DNA of 64,000 nucleotides from Candidatus Aminicenantes bacterium (GTDB lineage Bacteria; Acidobacteriota; Aminicenantia; UBA2199): NCBI GenBank assembly GCA_963770755.1, contig CAVYQZ010000010.1, positions 807,251 to 871,250 of the forward strand, read 5' to 3'. Shown piece by piece: positions 60,275 to 64,000 of this stretch (position 1 is its first letter; each line of letters starts with the position of its first letter). The notes under the pieces were generated by a model. It saw only the letters and a program-made list of their open reading frames with translations, ran no database searches and was not told where the DNA came from. The position numbers and the translations under genes were made by a program.

Positions 60275-60760
60275 ATGGATAATAATCAAAAATTAGTCTC
60301 AGGTCAAAAAGAAAAAAATCCGTCTTTAGCCGCTTTTCTGGCAATATTTCCCGGTATGGGGGCCATATATAACGGCAATATTATCAAGGGTATTACCTAT
60401 ATGCTGATTTTTGCCGTTCTGATTGTTTTGACCGATAATGCCAATGATCCCGACGCGGTAGTTTTTGGCCTTTTGATTGCCGGCTTTTTTATTTTTCAGA
60501 TCATTGACAGCTATAATGAAGCAGGGAAGATTAATCAGAATATCCTGACTGAAGAAAACCCGGCAAACAATAAAGAAGATTTTTCTTTGTTTTCGGCGAT
60601 CATCGTGCTGTTGATCGGGATTGTTTTCCAATTGGCTAACTTTGATTTGATCACCTATCGCCAAGTTACACGCCTGTGGCCGCTGGTACTGATAATTTTT
60701 GGCATCAAGATTGTTTACAATTACTTCAAAAACGAGGAGAACAAAAATGGCAAAAGCTAA
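60275..60760 (+). CDS. TM2-domain-like small membrane protein
   Basis: 161 aa. LAAFLAIFPGMGAIYNGNIIKG plus three more TM helices. AAGGAGG RBS. Confidence 0.5.
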   Translation: MDNNQKLVSGQKEKNPSLAAFLAIFPGMGAIYNGNIIKGITYMLIFAVLIVLTDNANDPDAVVFGLLIAGFFIFQIIDSYNEAGKINQNILTEENPANNKEDFSLFSAIIVLLIGIVFQLANFDLITYRQVTRLWPLVLIIFGIKIVYNYFKNEENKNGKS

Positions 60761-60932
60761 AAAGGAATCACTTTTTTGGGGATTCATAATTCTGGTTTTG
60801 GGCATGCTTTTTTTATTGAAAAACTTTGGCTTGGAAATTAGTGTCTGGTACCTTATCGGGAAATATTGGCCATTAATCTTGATTTATATCGGATTGAAAA
60901 ATATTTACCTGTATACAAAAAAAAATCAATGA
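60747..60932 (+). CDS. Small two-TM membrane protein (LiaF/DUF2154-like N-terminal module)
   Basis: MAKAKKESLFWGFIILVLGMLFLLKNFGLEISVWYLIGKYWPLILIYIGLK with an AGGAGA RBS 7 nt upstream. It overlaps the previous gene's end by 14 nt. Confidence 0.45.
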   Translation: MAKAKKESLFWGFIILVLGMLFLLKNFGLEISVWYLIGKYWPLILIYIGLKNIYLYTKKNQ

Positions 60933-62176
60933 AAAAGAAAGAAATTGTCATTGTTGTTTTACTAATAATTTTTGGATTTGTTTACAATGCGGTCCGAAAA
61001 GGTACAATTAAATTCATTGACGATTTCTCCGAATTTTTAAATGAAGGGCTTTTGGTCAGTGGGCAATATAAGGCCTTTCCCCAAAAAGAAATGGTTTTTC
61101 CGGCGCCGCATAAAATTACCATGGATAATCCGGCCGGTGAAATAGTTATTGATAAATCCGCCGATGACCAGGTTCATCTTATGGCATTTTTCAGGGTATA
61201 TTATTTGGATCAGGCGGACGTTGAAAAGATCAGTCGTAATGCCCTGATCCATGCAGAAAATGAAAATGGTGAATTGAATATAAGCGCGGATTACGTATCG
61301 GCTTTTCCATATAAAAGACTGAGGACCTATTTCCATGTGGCGATTCCCGAAGGTGTTATATTGTCTGTCCGCAACCAGCTGGGAAACACGGTTGTTCGTC
61401 AATGCGGGACAGACCTTTTTCTCAAGCAGAAAAACGGAAATTTGATTTTAAAAGATATCCCCTCTTCGGTGCGAATAGAAATTAGGCGCGGTAACCTGGA
61501 TATAAAAAATATCGCCGGAAGTGTAGACATTGAAGCAAGCCAAGGTGATATTTTACTGGAAAATGTCGCGGCCCTTCATTTGCAGGGAAGGCATGGGAAC
61601 TATCGGCTGAAAAAAATCAAGTCCAGCGTCTCCATTGAACACGCGTATGGCGATGTTCTTTTGGATGGGGCCGGGCAAGCCGAAATCTTCGGGCGCCATA
61701 GTAAACTGGTGGTTCGCAATATAGGAAACGGTCTAAATCTTTCCAATGCTTTCCAAACTGTTTTTATAGAAAATATTAAGGGTCATGTTTATCTGACGAG
61801 TCGATCGAGTAAAATGGATGTCCGCCATGTCCAAGCCAAGAGCATGGTGATTGAGAATTCATTCGCCGATATTGCCATTACTGACTGTGCGGGAGAAACC
61901 CTGAATGTGCTTCTAAAAAACGGGAATTTAGATTTTATGGGTGAAAAAATTGCCGATAGAATAAATATAGAATCACGGCAAGCAAACCTTAATCTTGTTC
62001 TGGGCAAGTTGACCGATCCTACCTTCAATATTAAAACAATACATGGCCGGATATACAATCATTCTTCTATCGCTTTGGATATCTTCCAGGAGAAGGATGA
62101 AAATTTTGCTAATCGCAGCGGTCAAAAACCTGAAATAATCATCAACAACAAATATGGAGATATTCATATAAAATAA
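60929..62176 (+). CDS. DUF4097 (putative adhesin/beta-helix repeat) domain protein with N-terminal membrane anchor
   Basis: Repeated G-x-V/I-x-I/L-x3-G-x-I/V beta-helix units (GNLDIKNIAGSVDIEASQGDILLENV...). Typical partner of ECF sigma/anti-sigma and LiaF-like envelope-stress modules. Confidence 0.65.
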   Translation: MKKKEIVIVVLLIIFGFVYNAVRKGTIKFIDDFSEFLNEGLLVSGQYKAFPQKEMVFPAPHKITMDNPAGEIVIDKSADDQVHLMAFFRVYYLDQADVEKISRNALIHAENENGELNISADYVSAFPYKRLRTYFHVAIPEGVILSVRNQLGNTVVRQCGTDLFLKQKNGNLILKDIPSSVRIEIRRGNLDIKNIAGSVDIEASQGDILLENVAALHLQGRHGNYRLKKIKSSVSIEHAYGDVLLDGAGQAEIFGRHSKLVVRNIGNGLNLSNAFQTVFIENIKGHVYLTSRSSKMDVRHVQAKSMVIENSFADIAITDCAGETLNVLLKNGNLDFMGEKIADRINIESRQANLNLVLGKLTDPTFNIKTIHGRIYNHSSIALDIFQEKDENFANRSGQKPEIIINNKYGDIHIK

Positions 62177-62224
62177 ATTCTAGAATCTTGATTTAATTGT
62201 CGATTTGATATATTTTTAATCCCG

Positions 62225-62797
62225 ATGAAGAAAACAGTTACTTTGCCCAATATACTAAGCATGTTGCGTATATTTATGATTCCGGTCATTGTGTTTCTAA
62301 TGATCCATGTCAGCTCGCAGATCTTTCCATATTTAATCGTTGTGTATGTCTTTGCCGTTTTTCTTGATTTTCTGGATGGATTTATTGCCCGCTGTTTTTC
62401 TCAAGAAAGCGATTTGGGCAAAATTATCGACCCGTTGGCGGATAAATTTTTAGTTTTGTCCCTCTTGTTCACCCTAACCATCAAGTTTGATTTCCCCGTA
62501 TGGTTGGCTGTTTTTATTGTCTTGCGGGATGTTTTGATTCTATGGGCCAGTTTCTTATTGTTCAAGGGCAGAAAAATTGTCAAACCTTCCTTAGTGATTG
62601 GCAAGTTTACTTTCGGCCTGCTCAGCTTGTTGATTTTTGTTTTTATTGTCGATCTTAGCGATTCCATCGATTTGTTTTTACTCAAACGATTTTTTATTGT
62701 CCTGAGTTCGGCTTTTTTACTATGGTCCTGGTTTGAATATTCATTGGTCTATCTAAGAGAGAAAAATGGGCGAAAAAAAACTGATTTTACTAGTTGA
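62225..62797 (+). CDS. pgsA: CDP-alcohol phosphatidyltransferase (CDP-diacylglycerol--glycerol-3-phosphate 3-phosphatidyltransferase-like)
   Basis: DFLDGFIARCF ... GKIIDPLADK matches the D-x2-DG-x2-AR ... G-x3-D-x3-D signature. Confidence 0.8.
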   Translation: MKKTVTLPNILSMLRIFMIPVIVFLMIHVSSQIFPYLIVVYVFAVFLDFLDGFIARCFSQESDLGKIIDPLADKFLVLSLLFTLTIKFDFPVWLAVFIVLRDVLILWASFLLFKGRKIVKPSLVIGKFTFGLLSLLIFVFIVDLSDSIDLFLLKRFFIVLSSAFLLWSWFEYSLVYLREKNGRKKTDFTS

Positions 62798-63134
62798 TGA
62801 CGACAAAGAAATTTGCTTTCTACTGAAAGAATTTCTTGAAAAAAAGGGTTTTGAAGTGTTGGTCGCCCATGATGGCCAAAAAGCCCTTGAATTGGCTGAA
62901 AGTCATGTTCCGGATTTGGTCATAACGGATTTGCTGCTTCCCAAAGAACATGGCATTGATGTGATGCATAAAATAAAAGATCGTTTTCTCACGCCCATCA
63001 TCGCCATATCTGGAATTTATCAAAAAGATGAAATTAAAACAAAAATTGATGATATCTATTTAGAGGGTTTTTATGAAAAACCGTTGAATCTTGAAGCCTT
63101 GTATAAAGGCATTCAAGCAGTTTTTTATGAATGA
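62766..63134 (+). CDS. Single-domain response regulator (CheY-like receiver)
   Basis: LILLVDDDKEICFLLKEFLEKKGFEVLVAHDGQKALE ... PDLVITDLLLP ... K. Confidence 0.8.
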   Translation: MGEKKLILLVDDDKEICFLLKEFLEKKGFEVLVAHDGQKALELAESHVPDLVITDLLLPKEHGIDVMHKIKDRFLTPIIAISGIYQKDEIKTKIDDIYLEGFYEKPLNLEALYKGIQAVFYE

Positions 63135-64000
63135 TTCGTTTAATTCGCTGACAGGCTTTTTAAAGAAAAAGTTTCCCGGACAAAAAATTCTTAAAATCCC
63201 GCTCAATGCTGGTTTTGCCTGTCCAAACCGGGATGGTTCCATTGGCCGGGAAGGTTGCGTTTTTTGCGACCAATATGCTGCTGGACCGATTCGTACGGCG
63301 GGTTGGTCTATCGAACAACAAATTGAAACATATATGGCTGCACATCCGGGCAGGAAGTATATAGTGTATTTTCAATCACACAGCAATACCTATGATTCAA
63401 TTTCAGAATTAAAGCGTAAATACCATATAGTTTTCAGCTATAAGAATATTGTCGGGCTTTCTATCGGAACCCGGCCCGATATTATTTCCAGTCCGGTTTT
63501 ATCTCTTCTTGAGGAATTCAATCGGCGCCTGTATGTCACTGTCGAGTTGGGTTTGCAATCGATCCATGAATCAAGTTTATTGCTTTTAAACCGCAATCAT
63601 TCCTATCTTCAATTCCTGGAAACTTTTCAGAAATTACGATCCGCAAAAATTGACACGGTCGTTCATCTGATTATTGGTATTCCGGGTGAATCCCGTGAAA
63701 ACATGCTGGCCACCATAGAGGAAATGAATCGTTTGAAACCCCAGGGCATTAAATTTCATTTGCTACATATTTTAAAAGATACCGCCTTGCATCGACACTA
63801 TCTGCAAACGCCATTTCACTTGCTCAGCCAGGATGAATATACTGAGCTAATTGTTTTTCTCCTGGACCATCTTGATCCCGAAATCGTGATTCATCGGCTT
63901 ACGGCCGAAAGAGAAAAAGAAATTTTTATTGCACCGGAATGGGCATTGAACAAACAGGCTGTTTTAGACTCGATCAGACTTAAAATGAAACAAACGGCCG
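63128..64000 (+). CDS. Radical SAM protein, TIGR01212 (YhcC-like) family, 3'-partial (runs off window)
   Basis: Read manually from the ATG at 63128: MNDSFNSLTGFLKKKFPGQKILKIPLNAGFACPNRDGSIGREGCVFCDQYAAGP... It stays open to the window end, which is why it is absent from the track. Confidence 0.65.

Overview
This window holds the chromosomal replication-origin neighbourhood of a low-GC bacterium (about 35-45% GC) followed by a GC-richer accessory region (about 50-60% GC). The origin segment reads gyrA<-gyrB<-recF<-dnaN<-dnaA, then an oriC DnaA-box cluster, then a glnA-like gene, rsmG flanked by two parS sites, parA-parB with an overlapping bactofilin gene, kdsB and pyrG. From roughly 24.6 kb to 53.2 kb, and most clearly over 27.6-51 kb, the region looks like an envelope-glycosylation island. 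It carries two paralogous Gtr-like pairs, each a GT2 polyprenol-phosphate-sugar synthase next to a convergent large polytopic membrane protein. It also carries three copies of a PMT/ArnT-like GT-C glycosyltransferase (one intact, one internally deleted and frameshifted, one reduced to an N-terminal stub fused in frame to an epimerase C-terminus), plus an LbH acetyltransferase, a NodU/CmcH carbamoyltransferase with SxtJ-like and DUF5989-like small partners, an NAD-dependent epimerase, two more large GT-C-like membrane proteins, an SGNH hydrolase, an esterase, two paralogous secreted beta-propeller/FN3 proteins and a membrane-fusion-protein/outer-membrane barrel fusion. The island is a mosaic of duplicated cassettes whose copies carry complementary lesions: wherever a gene is duplicated, exactly one copy remains intact. 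No transposase or integrase was found. Downstream lie a cobalamin riboswitch and a BtuB/BtuF/BtuD/BtuC-like uptake operon, a frameshifted alanine racemase gene, an ECF sigma/anti-sigma pair with a frame anomaly, DUF4097 and membrane proteins, pgsA, a single-domain response regulator and a partial radical-SAM gene running off the window. Several apparent frameshifts sit at homopolymer runs, so assembly indel error is a live alternative to true pseudogenes. Coordinates for features absent from the ORF track are approximate to within one or two nucleotides.
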